A stretch of 64,000 nucleotides of DNA from the NCBI GenBank assembly GCA_964016885.1, contig OZ024741.1, positions 56,544,001 to 56,608,000 on the forward strand, in the 5' to 3' direction. The position numbers were made by a program, and so were the translations under genes. Under the pieces are notes generated by a model. It was not told the DNA's origin. It searched no databases and saw nothing but the letters and a program-made list of their open reading frames with translations. The DNA comes from Eledone cirrhosa. Its lineage: Eukaryota. This document shows, in pieces, positions 43,030-57,659 of this stretch; the stretch's first letter is position 1, and every line of letters starts with the position of its first letter.

Positions 43030-46000
43030 ATTGTTATTACTCTTTGAGTCTCAGTCATTGATGTTAGTTAACTGGAAAGTTTGTTGAAATGAATATCAAG
43101 CCACTACCTGCAGCCTCAGATAATCAGGACGTATCGGAGGGTTCTTGCTGTTCCCAGCAAGCATGCCTTTTGAAGCGTTCCAAAAAGAGTGAAGGGGCCA
43201 ATTTTCTTTAACCATCCCTGGAAACTTTTTGAGATAGTCCCTAGTGCGCCTATGACAATCGGGATCACTTTGACTTCATGGCAGTTCCAAATCCTTTTTA
43301 CCTCCCACTTTAAGTCCTGGTATCGGTTAATTTTCTCCCTCCCCTTCTCTTGCACTCTCGTGTCGAATGGACAGGCCACATCCACAATCAGGCACGATCT
43401 TTTTTCTTTGTCCAAAACCACCAGGTCAGGTCTATTGTGTTCCAGTTTCTTGTCCGTCTGTATCCTAAAATCCCACAGCACCTTCACCTGATCGTTTTCT
43501 ATCACCGACTCTGGCTTATGCTCATGCCTCTTCTCAGAATGTGGTAAATTGTTTACTTTGCATAGGTGCCAGTGGATCACCCTGCCCATCACATCATGTC
43601 TCCAGCCCTTATAGTGAGTTTGGGCTAGGTGTTTACACTCGGATACAATGTGAGCCACAGTCTCCTCTCTCTCTCCACAGATCCTGCACAGTGGGCTAGC
43701 CTCCTCCTTGTAAATGTGGTGTTTCAACCACTTCGTTTTGAGGGCCTGCTCCTGCGCAGCCATTAACATTCCTTCTGTAGCCTTTTTAAGGTCTCCTCTT
43801 TTCAACCAGTTCCATGTCTGTGGATCTCTAAATTCAGTTTTCTCAAAGAAGGTACTATGAAGGGATTTTTCCTGAAGGCTGCTCTTTCTCCTTGATGTTA
43901 TTTCCTCCTTGGACATCCCCTGGCCTATTGTCCCCTCCTTCAGCACAGTTCTGAGCATTGGCTCCTTACTATCAGTCACGTATTTGTGTAGGTTGTTTTT
44001 CTCCATCTGAACACAGTCCTCTATGCTGATAAGACCTCTTCCACCCTCAGATCTCCTTAAGTAGAATCTATCGACATCACTCCTCTTGTGTAACATATTG
44101 TAGATAGTCAATAGCTTCCTAGTCTTCCTATCCATTTCTTTTTGTTCAGCAACATTCCATCTCAGAATTCCCGCACTGTACCTAATAATAGACACAGCTC
44201 GGGAATTTACTGCACTTATGGCATTCCTACTGTTCAGATGTGACTTTAATACGCTCCTTACTCTCCGAATGTATTCAGTTCTTATCAATTCCTTTTGTTC
44301 TTGATGTCATCAGCCTCCAGAACGCCCAAATACTTGTATCCTTCCTCAGAGTCAATTTCTTTTATCATCTCACCTGTTGGTATCTGGATTCCGTTACTTC
44401 TGCTCAACTTACCCCTCTTCATCACAATGACTCCACACTTACTAATACCAAATTGCATACATATATCATTACTGAAAATACGGACAGTGTCAACAAGCAC
44501 ATCCAACTCCTTCTCACTCTTCCCGAAGAGCTTAAGATCGTCCATGAAGAGGAGGTAATTGATGGTAAGCCCTCCCTTTCCCAACCTGTATCCTGCTCTC
44601 ACTTTTCGCAGTACACTGGTCAGGGGCATCAGGGCAAGGACAAACAACAGAGGGGACAGACTATCTCCCTGGAAGATACCTCTCTTGATCTTCACGCTTC
44701 CCAAGGATTCTCCAGTTGATGTTAACTCTGTCTCCCAGGATTTCATACTTTTGTCCAACAACTCTCTGATGTTATCTGCAACCTTGAAGATCTCCAGGCT
44801 TTTGGTGATCCAAGAATGAGGCACCATGTCAAATGCCTTTTTGTAGTCTATCCATCCCATGGCAAGACCAGTGTGTCTCCTCTTGCAATTCCTCATTACA
44901 ATCTTATCAATAAGTAACTGGTCCTTTGTACCACGTGACTTCTTTCGGCATCCTTTCTGTTCGTCCGGTAACAAGTTGTTTGTGTGGAGGTGATGGTAGA
45001 TTTCCTCAGACATAATGCTTGTCAACAGTTTCCACATTACGGACAGACATGTGATAGGTCTATAGTTGGTAACATCATTACCCTTGATTCGGTCTTTCAT
45101 TATCAGAACTGTGGTACCTTTTGTCAACCACTCTGTTACCTCACCTGACATCAAGCAGTCATTGAACATGGTTGTCAGTTTCGGGTGGAGGGATGTTATA
45201 TTTTTAATCCAATACCCCTGCACACCATCTGGGCCTGGTGATTTCCAGTTGGTTAGTTTTTTAGCCTGCCCCTTAAGAGTTTCAACTGTGATACTCAAAT
45301 CAGTTTGTTGGTGTTCCTGTTCACTAATCTCCTTCTGTACTGTCTCAATCCACACTGCCTGGTCATTATGTTTAACATCCTGCTCCCATATTCCTCTCCA
45401 GAATGTTTTAGTTTGTTCCGCCTCAGGGATCAAGTCGTTGTCTCTTTCTTTCCCTTCAAGCTGTCCAAACAGCATCTTCTGGTTGTTGTCGAACATGCGG
45501 TTCTGTCTATACTGACTGACTCTGTTCTCGTATCGCCTGATTTTTGCACTCTTTGCTACAATGCGTTGCTTCAGTTCCTCTATGATAATATTTAGCTTTT
45601 TCCTCCTAGTTTTGTACTATATTTCCCGTCTATTTTTAGTGTCTATGTTTTTTAGTGTCCCATTCAGTAGGGACTCAAGCTTTCCAGTGTCATTTCTCAT
45701 TCTCTTGATTTGACCACTCAGTCGTTTCTTCCACCAAGGTTCTGATCTTTCTTGTTTGTTGTTTCCTCTCGTTTTTATGCCAAGTAGTTTCCTCACCGTA
45801 TTTGCTGTTGCTTTGAGGATATTGTTGCACTGGCGAAGGCTCCTCGCCTCAAGGTATGGGATGACTTTGTTTACCTTAGCTGTTGTTTCTTTTAACTTTT
45901 TCCTGTCTACAAATCTTAGGTTCATAGGTCTCCCACTATCATTGTTCAATTCATCTACCACTAAGTTTAGGATATCAACCAAATCTTGTCCTAGCCCGTC

Positions 46001-46993
46001 AGCATTCATCTCCTCAGTGGCCGTATCTCTGTTCCAGGTATTATTTATCTCAGCATTCATATCATTGTCTGCTTCGGGTGGTTCCTCCGTTCTCTCGACC
46101 TCTTCACCTTCATTTCCCACTGGCTCGTTTGCCTGGCATACTCCACTCTCCATCTCCAAGCTAATCTCTCTGCTCAGTTCCTCCAGTTCCAGCTCGTTTA
46201 TCCATCCATTAGTTCTTATTACCCGAGCCTGCTCGGCCAATTTTTATTCATCTAATTTAAATAGACCAATCTTGTTCCAGATGTTATGCATCCGTTTCCT
46301 ATATCCTTTCTCCTTGGGGTTACTCTTCAGGTAACATTGCATAACAGTTCTATTCAATTCTTTCGTCCAGTTGGTTCTGGTCCCTTTCCTTCTTCTTCTT
46401 CCTCCGACACCAGCAGTATTTGGTTGACAGCCAGGTCCCTGCTGCTGAGCCAGGGAGCACCTGTTGGGTGAGAGTCTGTCACATGACATTCTAGTCTCCA
46501 TTTCACCGTTATTCGAACTGTTTAGTTTCGACATTTAAACACTCTTATCGAGGATTGGCGAATGTATGGTTACATAACCACCGGTGAATTCATCGCCTCC
46601 GGTGGTTTCGTCACTCCACGTGATTTTTGTGTGGCATCATCACGCTGTAGACGAACATAAATAAACAAACAAACAAACAGGCAAAAAACCCCCCCAAAAT
46701 GAATAAGCATAAGTTTCATTGTAATGTAGTGTTTGAATGTCTGACTTAGTTTTTCCCTTCACTTCTCTGTCCGTCTGTTTGTTTTTCTCTTCATTTTTAT
46801 TTTCTTTACGTTTTTCGTTGTTGCTGTGCTGCTTTGATTTTGATTTTTGTTTTTTTGATTTTGACCGGGTCATCAATTCAGTCTATTTATATATTTTGAT
46901 GCCTTCCTCTTTTAGTGGGGATTCTACAATGTAGCAGGGGGTAGCGGGAGAGAATAGCGGCGGTAGTGATAAGAGGCAGTGGTGGTGGTGGCG
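43030..46993 (-). mobile_element. Near full-length R4/Dong-clade RLE LINE with frameshifts, flanked by (TAA)n
   Basis: ORF pieces 46244..46534, 45617..46240, 44285..45496 (YRPITCL, RGIFQGDSLSPLLF, FMDDLK) and 43116..44288 (CCHC CRICG...HIVSEC; RLE RPD...VDVACP...K..RY); TAA-type repeats at both ends. The 5' boundary is uncertain (46640-46993). Confidence 0.93.
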
Positions 46994-47076
<83 letters not shown>

Positions 47077-47122
47077 TTATTATTATATATATATATATAA
47101 AATGTGGAGAGGAAGCACACGA

Positions 47123-47597
47123 GTGGATCAACTAAGCACTCTTGCTATATTAACACATTTTGATCTGCTTATCTTCAAGAACTATGCCTGTAAATAACAT
47201 TATTTTTTCTTTCACATTGCCTTATTATGCTCCACTTTACGCCCCTTTTGTTCTTTTTTCTTTTCACTTCATAAACATTGTTTGTAAATAACATTATTCT
47301 TTCTGCACCATTTCTTTAACATGTCCAACACCACCATTCTACACCAATACATATTATTATCATTTGATAATGCATAAACATGCTGAAACCGGTAATAGAC
47401 AATTATTAAATATATAAATAAATAAATAAATGCCATTGTTAATTAATAAATAAATCAACTAATACCTTAACACTTCACACATAGTAAAAATATTTCGTTT
47501 TAATCATTTTCTAACCCAGAAAATAGAGAGAAATAAATAAAAAGGGAAAAAAAAAAATTTTTCTTCTTAATAATCGTCTTTTTCTCCCTGTTTTCAT
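47123..47597 (+). mobile_element. Solo PLE 3' region homologous to 52773-53100, with decayed HHR
   Basis: Shared TGGATCAACTAAGC...CAAGAACTATG...AATAATCGTCTTTTTCTCCCT; decayed HHR UUGAUAA-UGCAU-AAAC-AUGC-UGAAACCGGUA near 47364-47394. Confidence 0.7.
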
Positions 47598-47639
47598 ATA
47601 TATATACAGACAGACAGATATATATATATACATACAGAC

Positions 47640-49209
47640 AGACAACAGGATTACCCATGGGATCCAGCCTATCGGGCCTGCTGGCTATCACCTATATGAA
47701 CCAGCTAGAATGCCGAGCCCTCAACACCTGCCATTCCCATACCTTCTTCACCCAATATGTAGATGACATACTCATCCTTACATCATCCCGCGAGGAGGCG
47801 GATAAAATATACACGACATTCTCCAGCATGGACGCCAGTATAAAGTCCAGCATGGAACACCCAGATGACCGCGGATCCCTATCCCTACTGGACTTCCAAC
47901 TCAGGGTAACAGTGGTAGGAAACATCCACACCTGCTTTTATAAAAAAGCCGCCAACAGGGACCTGTTCGTACATTTCAGATCGGCCCTCCCAGCCGGCGC
48001 TAAGTTCGGATACATATGGAACGAACTAACACGCATCCGGAACAAATGCACCGACGCTAGAGACCGAGACACACACACCACACATTTCCGGGAAGTACTC
48101 AAACTGAACGGATACCCGACACCCACCACGAACCGTATCAGAAAGAACAGAGGACACCACACCCGAGGCACTAACACTTGCTTCCTGAAGCTCCCACACT
48201 TCAGTGACGAAACAACAACAGCCATCCGCAGAGCTATCAGACGAGAGGGACTAGATATCCAACTAGCCCACTCAGGACCTTCTCTACGCGGACAGCTAAC
48301 CAAAAGACACTCCACCAGACATGACAGCCGCTGCAGGCTAGCCAACTGCCCCATCAACGACACAGACCTATGCCACCAGGTTTACGTCGTATACAGACTA
48401 GAGTGCGACAAATGCAGCAACTTCTACGTAGGTAGCACCACCAGACCACTTCACATAAGAATAAAAGATCACCTCAATACTAACGCTTCCTCATTTAAGA
48501 AACACCTAGTGAAATGCAAAAACACCGACAAAACCATAACAGTTAGGATAGAAACTAAGGAAAGAAACCTCGGCAATCTTAGAATTAAGGAAGCACTAAT
48601 TATAGACAAAACACAACCACCAATCAATAATAGACTAGAACTCAACACCCAATTTATAACTTGATAGAGCATCTAGCCCCATACTTACACACCCTCCCAC
48701 ACACACGCATACGCACACACACGCACATGCACACACACACGCACGCACACACACACGCGCCTACACCTCCACTCATTCTCTCTCACACACACATACACAC
48801 ACAAAGACCAGTTCTAACACGAGAGAGCATCTATCCCCCACATTTACGTATAGACATATCTTCTCACACTCACACACACTTACACCTTCACGTATTCTCC
48901 CACACACTTAAACATACATGTACGAAAAACCCCTTTTAAAGGGAGACTACTCTTTATCCACCTAACCTTAACTCTTTGACATTAGAGATAGAACAGATAC
49001 TCTATACCATTTCCTGTCAGCATGACTTGGCAAGCTATTTAGAACACTGGTTTAACCGCTTTACTTCCCTCCGAAGAAGAGATATTAACTCGAAAATTAA
49101 GGACATTTAAAAATATTAAGGTAAAAGACTAATTGTCAACAATATCTTTTGCATTTGCATTTATATTCTATGTCCATACCTGCATTGTTTTGGCTTTACA
49201 AATACAAAC

Positions 49210-49212
<3 letters not shown>
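47640..49212 (+). mobile_element. 5'-truncated Penelope/Poseidon-like element
   Basis: GLPMGSSLSGLLA, YVDD, LDF, FYKK, GYP and GIY-YIG (VVYRLECDKCSNFYVGST.R.L..RI..H...E); HHR variant CCU/CCGAAGA/A-GAG-loop-CUC/GAAA/AU-UA/AGG at 49068-49102. Confidence 0.92.
47657..48664 (+). CDS. PLE RT C-terminal half + GIY-YIG endonuclease (uninterrupted but 5'-truncated frame)
   Basis: 335-aa open frame with the motifs above; the ATG is an internal RT methionine. Confidence 0.8.
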   Translation: MGSSLSGLLAITYMNQLECRALNTCHSHTFFTQYVDDILILTSSREEADKIYTTFSSMDASIKSSMEHPDDRGSLSLLDFQLRVTVVGNIHTCFYKKAANRDLFVHFRSALPAGAKFGYIWNELTRIRNKCTDARDRDTHTTHFREVLKLNGYPTPTTNRIRKNRGHHTRGTNTCFLKLPHFSDETTTAIRRAIRREGLDIQLAHSGPSLRGQLTKRHSTRHDSRCRLANCPINDTDLCHQVYVVYRLECDKCSNFYVGSTTRPLHIRIKDHLNTNASSFKKHLVKCKNTDKTITVRIETKERNLGNLRIKEALIIDKTQPPINNRLELNTQFIT

Positions 49213-49255
<43 letters not shown>

Positions 49256-49408
49256 CGAAGGAAGTGTGGTAAGGAACCAGGTGGACCATAACGGACCAGA
49301 CTACTCAATACTTTGGGTAGTTGAGTGGGTAATAGGAAAATGTTCAAGCCTATATATTGGCTACACAAGTGCATACAATTACACATATATATGTATATAT
49401 GTATATGC

Positions 49409-49471
<63 letters not shown>

Positions 49472-49554
49472 TCTATATCTATCTATATATATATATATAC
49501 ACATGCATATACATGTATACATATATATGTGTAAATTTATGCACTTGTGTAGCG

Positions 49555-49636
<82 letters not shown>

Positions 49637-50278
49637 TTTCGCCAATTTCTACCCGCTGAAATGCGATTCTCGCTAAATTTATATTTGTATTAATCTCCCA
49701 AGTCAAGCGATTAACCAGTTAATTTTCTTTGGCTTTTTAGTTAACTCTATTGACTGATTAATCGCTTAAGTTTATTTTAAAAACAACTCGGTCGAGAGCT
49801 AAATTCGTTTTGTGCTGTTTTTGCAAATGTTTGCAATAACTACACATGCTGAATTCACTGGCCAAAATAGGGGTTTCCTCCCCTTAGAACCTCACATGTG
49901 CTTTCATAACCTGTGAGATTCTGGCGCACGAAGAGCAAAATGCCTGTTGAGAAAGCGATGCCTTGTTTCGATCATTATACCAAAAGCTTATTTTTTATAA
50001 CCAGACAGTATTATTTATTTAGATGTTGCAGAAACCCAAATATCGGAGTATTGCCTCTTCCCCGAGGGTCCGGGTAACTATTTCAATCATATCTATTTGG
50101 CTAAGGTGGTTAATGGCTTCTTAAACATCGTCTCAGTTTGCATGACCTTTTTAACTTATGTTTATAGCTCTGGTGGTATCTTCATATCCATGGAGCGCAA
50201 TACAGAAGTTGCACAATACAGAAGTTGCGTTTCGCCAATTTCTACCCGCCGAAATGCGATTCTCGGTAAATTTATATT

Positions 50279-50324
<46 letters not shown>

Positions 50325-50465
50325 AATATAGGAAAAGAGTCAAAACCTCGACGGCTGAGCTCCGGCCGTTTCGACAGCTCTTTTCCTATTACCCACTCTA
50401 CTACCCTATGTATTGAGTACTCTGGTGCGTTGCGTTGTGTTCCACCTGGTATCTTACCAAACCCT

Positions 50466-50540
<75 letters not shown>

Positions 50541-50544
<4 letters not shown>

Positions 50545-53100
50545 CAACCATAAGAGACATCCAAACTTCAACAACCACCACAACTTCCGAAGTCATTTTT
50601 TAGACACAGCACACAGACACAGAGTAACGAGATAACACAAAACACACTGGAGACACAAAATGTAATAAAACTCGTTAATTTAACCTCTAAAGAATTAACA
50701 ACAGACCAAATCAACATACTCTCCAAAGGCCTGAAATTTACACCAACTCCCCAACGACCAAACTAACCCGAAATGAAGGAAGACATTGCAGAATTCTGTA
50801 GAAAACTAAGACTCAGCGAGCAACTATACGACAAATACAATGAGGATGACTCAATAGCCAGAAATAGAAGCAACTACACCCCACCAAAAGGCAAGAATAA
50901 ATTCCTCGATCAATTCTGCGAACACATTATTAATTACCCATACCACCACCTACACAGACATAAACAAAAACCAAACCTAAGCAAAAAAAAATGGAATAGT
51001 CTTAACAGTCTAAAGAACGACAAAACCCTAACAATCAAAGAGGTGGATAAAGGGAGTGAAGTAATCCTTATGAGGACAGATTACTACACGACTCTAGTAC
51101 TCTCAACTCTAGAAAACCAACAAAAAATAATGAGAAACCTAAAATCCCTAACAACCCTTTACAAAGAAGGCCTTACCGACAAGGAATAAAACTAATATCA
51201 CCAATTTCAAAAGCAGAACCATCCTTTTCTACGGTATCCCAAAGACACACAAAAGCGAAGTAATAGGCAGGGCCTGCAAGCAATATACCCCCTGGAGGGA
51301 CTCAAATTTATCTTGGAAAACAACTTCTTCGAATTCGATGCCAAATACTACAGACAGAAATCTGGGACTGTAGCCCCTCATACGCCAGCCTTGTCATGGA
51401 TATTTGGAAACCACTCTCTACCGCAAAGTTCTAGACAAATACGGTAACCACTTCTACCTACACATAGAACAAAACTGAAGAGATATCTGGACGACTGCTT
51501 CATCCTCTGGCATGAAAGTCTAGAAAGACTGATTAAGTTCAAAACCCTTCTAAATGGACTCAACACAAACTTACAATTTACAATGGATTACAGCCATGAA
51601 CAACTCCCTTTCCTCGACATCCTCATCAAGAAAACAAACAACAAAATAGAAACGGACACATACTGCAAACCCACAGACTCCAAACAATATCTTCCATTTA
51701 ACTCGTGCCACCCTCGCCATACCAAAAGGGTAATTCCTTATAACCTAGCTAGAAGGATCTGCACAATAGTTTCAGATAAATACACATGCTACACACGACT
51801 AGAAGAATTAAAGAACACACTTATCAGCAGAAACTACCCACCATCCCTAATCAACAATGGATTCCAACGTGCCCTAAAACTCAACATCCAGGAACTCAGA
51901 CACCCCAAACCCAGGAATGAACTGCCACAGAATACTCTACCATACATCTCCACACACAACCCCCTCAACAATGAGGCATTCGACAGCATCCTCCAGAACA
52001 TTCCTTTACTAAAAAGAGACTCAAGAATGAACAAAATCCTGCAAACCCACAACATTATAAAGAGCAAAAGACAACCTAAATCTATAAAAAACATCCTCAC
52101 ACAAGCCAAAATCAAACCAACCCTCACAATGAACCCTACAGTAAAAAAATGCGGAAGGCCCAACTGTGGTATATGCATAAATCTAATAGAAGGTTCAACA
52201 TTCCATTTTAAACAAGGACAACATTTCACAGTTAAACACAACTTTACATGTGCATCTGAAAACCTAATCTATGTGTTGACCTGCTCAGGTTGTCAAGAGC
52301 ACTACATAGGACAGACCTACAACAGCCTCCGACAACGTATGACCGTCCATAGATCACAAATCAAAATACAGGAATACAGAAAAATTGCTTTTAGTGAACA
52401 TATCGCCAATTATACACCTAACCAACATCCAAACTTTAAAATTTTCCCCATTTACAAATTCATAGACAACGCTTCTTTCATCCATCGTACCAATAAGGAA
52501 ACGTACTTCATTAACAAATTCCAACCTCTACTTAATGGACTAAACTTCGGACTAAACTAAAACTGGAACGAACAATGAACCAAAACCAAATTCCTATGTT
52601 CTCTAAAGAGTTACTTCCCTAACACCCTACCTATTCCTTTTTCTTATATAAATGAATTACCCCCTCTCATTTCTCTCTCTCCTACCTGACCACCCTGAAT
52701 TACCTCCCCCTGCATATTAACTCTCTAAAAAGGGAAATCATATCAAACCCCAGACTACCATTTGCCTCCATCATGGATCAACTAAGCGTTCTTGCCATAA
52801 TAACACATTTTGAACTGCTTATCCTCAAGAACTATGACTGTAAATAATCTTATTCTTTCTTTCCCATTACCTTATCATGTTCCACATCACCCCCTCCCCT
52901 TTTTTTCTTTTTTCTTTTTTCTTTTTTACTTCAAAAACCTTGTTTGTAAATAATATTATTCTTTCTTCCCCATTTCCTTAACACTTCATACAAAGTAAAA
53001 TATTTTGTTTTAAACATTTTCTAACCTACCAAAAAATAAAAAAATAAAAGGAAATAAAAATATTTTTCTTCCTAATAATCGTCTTTTTCTCCCTATTTTC
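50541..53100 (+). mobile_element. Neptune-like PLE, internally deleted in RT
   Basis: LSKGLKFTPTP, IKEVDKG, RYLDDCFILW, LPFLDI, KPTD; Cys linker KCGRPNCGIC; GIY-YIG NLIYVLTCSGCQEHYIGQT (ORF 51583..52560). Confidence 0.9.
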
Positions 53101-53135
53101 ATATATATATATATATATATATGCACATATAATTT

Positions 53136-53197
<62 letters not shown>

Positions 53198-54003
53198 CAT
53201 ATATATATACATATATATATATGCACATATAAAACTAAAAATAAAAACAGAATATGTACTATCCCAATTTGAATCTGTGGAATAATGTATTCCAGTTGAG
53301 TTGTAGCTAACGTAAGCACCCTTCGCAAGAAATTTTGTAAATTTGTAGAAATTTTAATATTTGGGAAGATAATTTTTTATCAGAATAAGTATAGTGGTGT
53401 TAAATACTAGGTGGTTTTGTAATATCTGAAATTGTTTAGGATCTTGTGATTGCAGTATAGCTTTGGTTAGCTTTGTCTTTCAATCTTACGGGTTCAAATC
53501 TCGTCGTGGTTAACTTTGCCTTTCATCCTTACGGGGTCGATAAAATAAAGTACCAGTAATGTACTGGTTAATTGCTGGCCTTGAGCCAAAAGTAGAAACA
53601 ATCTTACGAGTTCAATAAAATAAAGTACCAGTAATGCACTGGGGTCTATTTCATCGACTTTCCCCTCTCCCAAAATTCTTGCCCTTGTGCCTAAATCAGA
53701 AACCATTATTAGTTCTTGAATTTTTTTTTATTACGCAGAGATTCTTTGGAGATGATGACCTGGAAAATTTCCTGGAATTACAATGGACATTATCTACGTT
53801 CCTCTTTGAAAATATTCCATACAATATTATAGTTGATACCCATAAGCTTACATTTGTTAATAGCTTCTGCTAATGAAGTTGTATTTGCCAGTCAACTATG
53901 TTTAAGCGAGTGTGAATGAGAGTGTGGATATATGTGTGTGTGTGTGTATGTATAAGTATGTGTATGTATATGCACCGACTCCGGACTTGTCTCTTGTTAT
54001 ATT

Positions 54004-54038
54004 CCTCCGAAGAAGAGAGTTTATCTCAAAATATCAGG
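54004..54038 (+). ncRNA. Decayed HHR variant of a PLE end (similar to 49068)
   Basis: CCU/CCGAAGA/A-GAGA-GUUUA-UCUC/AAAA (G12A)/UA-UC/AGG; another decayed HHR at 54380-54435. Confidence 0.55.
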
Positions 54039-54121
54039 ACAGATAAATAAATAAAGTAACATAACATCTTGCTGTCTTATTTTCTTGTTCGTCCATTTCG
54101 TATTGTCGTGGCCTTCAAACT

Positions 54122-54226
<105 letters not shown>

Positions 54227-54492
54227 GACGAGGCATAAAAACAACATGCTGCTTCGATCGTCTCTGGGTAAAAATATAAACACTTTTTTCTTCACCGTTT
54301 TGTCTTTGCTCTTTTTCTTTAAAGCCACTTGGAATATGTTTATCCTCATTCCGTTGGTATACATCTATTATGCAATTTACACCTGAAGATGTCACCTGGT
54401 TCTTACGCAACCTGGCCACTGAAATGTGCACAGTGGTTGCAGAAATAAATAATTAAGGAAATTCAACCTATTTGGCCTCCAGTCATTTTACT

Positions 54493-54596
<104 letters not shown>

Positions 54597-55791
54597 TCTT
54601 GTCTTTAATGCGTATAAATGTCCATGACCTCCAGCAGACAACTGATGAAGGGAAATTATCCCCCGTTCGTACTTTCCTCTTATTTATAAATACACTATAT
54701 CCTCCAACTACACAGCCCATGTTTCTCCTAAAAAATGTTTATCAAGTTTTGTTGTGACCTGTTCTCTCTTTCTCCCTATCTACTTTGTTGCTATTATTTC
54801 TTCCCCCTTTGGGTGGATTGGCAGTATCGGTAGAGGGTCGGACGCCATACTTTCCAGCATAGTTACGTCCCTTTACGATCTGAGTTCAAATCCCGCCGAG
54901 GTTGACTTTGCCTTTCATCCTTACGGGGTCGATAAAATAAAGTACCAGTAATGCACTGGGTAATTGCTGGCCTTGTGCCTAAAGTAGAAACAATTATTTC
55001 TTCCCCCTTTCTTTCTTTCTCTCCTTTCCCCCCTCTCACTTTTACTCTCCCTCCCTCTGTTAGCTACCTCGCTGCTTCCGCTGTTTCTTTCGCCTGTCTC
55101 TTTTTTGCCTACACTTGCGGAAGTCAGACGTGTTTTTTTTTTCACGTCAACACAGCCTTGGTCTTAAGTCCAGTAGCTGATGTTGACTTGAATTTTTTCT
55201 CTCTCTTCGAGCTGCTCACACACATGGGCTTTCGGGTTTCCCTCTTCGGTATGTTGTTTTTGTTTTTTCCGCTTTTTTTCCCTTTTTTCTTCCCTTTTCC
55301 CTTATGTTATATATTTTCTCTCTCCTTTTTTTTTAGTTTAACTTCTTTTAGTTATTGACGCACTGGAGCTAGATAGCTTGTCTTTAATGCGTAGAAATGG
55401 CCATGATCTACAGTCGACAACTGATGAAGAGAAATTATCCCCGTTCGTGCTTTCCTCTTATATATATATATATGTGTGTGTGTGCCAGAGTATATATATA
55501 TAGTATTAAGGATACTATTTATGGTTATGTATATACTAAAACTTTATATAGTTATATATATATTTTAAACCTTAAACAGTGAAAGACAGTAATTTATTAC
55601 TACCTTATTACCAGTAAGATAAATAGCTCAATGTAATAACTGTTTCTACTTTTGGCACAAGGCCAGCAATTATCCCAGTGCATTACTGGTACTTTATTTT
55701 ATCAACCCCGTAAGGATGAAAGGCAAAGTTAACCTCGGCGGGATTTGAACTCAGATGTAATAACATCAGTTGTTCTACAGAGCAGTTATAT

Positions 55792-55924
55792 AGAAATCAC
55801 ATGAATCAAAGTTCTGTTCAAACCATTTATTAGCTTACAATTGTTTCGTCCAAACCTCGGTTTGGACGAAACAATTGTAAGTTAATAAATGGTTTGAACA
55901 GAACTTTGATTCATGTGATTTCTC
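55792..55924. repeat. Fold-back palindrome centred on an HHR stem II
   Basis: ...CAATTGTTTC-GTCCAAACC-TC-GGTTTGGAC-GAAACAATTGTA...; one mismatch seen between arms. Confidence 0.8.
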
Positions 55925-55970
55925 TCTCTCTATATATATATATGTGTGTGTGTGCCAGAGTATATATATA

Positions 55971-56058
<88 letters not shown>

Positions 56059-56104
56059 GAGCGTTTAACTCGACAATTTAATTCGATATATATATATATA
56101 TATA

Positions 56105-56148
<44 letters not shown>

Positions 56149-56151
56149 AAC

Positions 56152-56228
<77 letters not shown>

Positions 56229-56439
56229 ATTAAATTGTCGAGTTAAACGCTCACAATATTTCCTTAGAATCAAATAAGCTCCAGGAAGACATTCTTTATA
56301 ACACAGGAAAGAAATACACAGTGATATATGTTCTATTCGTTCGTCATGAATGTATGTTCTATTATGTTCGTCACCTTGGTGGCTTTATATCTCTTATAAT
56401 TTGAACACATATATTTATGTGTATTTCTCTCTTACTGTG

Positions 56440-56568
<129 letters not shown>

Positions 56569-56913
56569 CGAGTGTATACGTGTGTGGTAAACGGTAAACG
56601 GTCAACCACACATTGAGTAAAGCCGAATGCCTGTACAGCATCCTAAGGCAATAAAAAAATCAACCCGATGAAAAATATAACCAACGTGAGGTAATAAACA
56701 ACCAACATTTTTACGAACTTATTCATTCTTTTATTCTTTCAATCACTTCCTTTTCGATGACTAACTTCTATTATCTATATGATGTACCACAACCAATCCA
56801 ATTTTTAATTCTTTTTCTTATTTGTTATTTCTTTTGACTTTTTTTCATCTTTGATTGTGAATTTTTTAAATTTAATCTTATCCTACTATCCAATCTCTAT
56901 ATTTCAACCTCTA

Positions 56914-57018
56914 TATAAACGATGTCCCCTTAAAATGTATACACACTTCAACAGCATTCGAATAAATATTACTTGTAAAGTAATCAAAGTTTGTATACAT
57001 TTTTTTGGATACCTTATA
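56914..57018. mobile_element. Degenerate Tc1/mariner-type MITE
   Basis: Imperfect TIRs TGTCCC..AAAATGTATACACACTT / AAGTTTGTATACATTTTTTTGGATAC with TA flanks. Confidence 0.55.
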
Positions 57019-57240
57019 TATATGTATTCAAAATAAAGATTCTTGTTCATTGTTTCTGACGAAGACGGTGAGATCAATCGATAGCATCAAGGCATAAACA
57101 CTATCGATTATTTGTTGTATCGATTTATCATGACCAATCAGCCTTCTGAAACGATCGTAAAACAATGAACTAATTAAGCATTTAACTTCGCATTTTCTTT
57201 GAACTGTTTAACACACACACACTTACGCACACACACACAC

Positions 57241-57334
<94 letters not shown>

Positions 57335-57339
57335 GTATA

Positions 57340-57372
<33 letters not shown>

Positions 57373-57659
57373 GAAACGAAATAAGATGTTTGTGTGATGG
57401 TGTGGAATGAAAGAAAAACATCATTTACGTTGTAAACATTTTATTACTTGAATAGGTATATATGATTGCTTCGAATAATAATGATAATGATGGGTGATGT
57501 TTCAGAATGTTCATACAAAATAGAGGAGGTTTTGCTTGTGCGCGTTGATGTGACTTCAGAAATGTGTTCGCGTTACGTGAAGAAGGGGAGAGGTTTGTTG
57601 GAGATGCCCAGCAGGTTAACTAATTTGAGTGCCATGGCCTGGATATAGCAGTGCCTTAA

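Noticed and set aside
46570-46645. Hammerhead in the 5' region of the Dong-like LINE (minus strand GUGAUGA...GAAA-CCACCGG...CCGGUGG-UU)
   Set aside because: A strong hairpin follows GAAA, but C3 is missing and stems I and II are unconvincing.
50331-50386. HHR on the minus strand (GGAAAAGAG/CUGUCGA/ACGGC..GCCGU/.../CUCUUUUCC)
   Set aside because: Stems I and II and a core-like heptamer are present but GAAA and stem III are missing; not counted as a ribozyme.
54641-54680. CTGATGAAGGGAAA as an HHR core (also at 55421)
   Set aside because: No stem II or III geometry; only a short dispersed repeat is supported.
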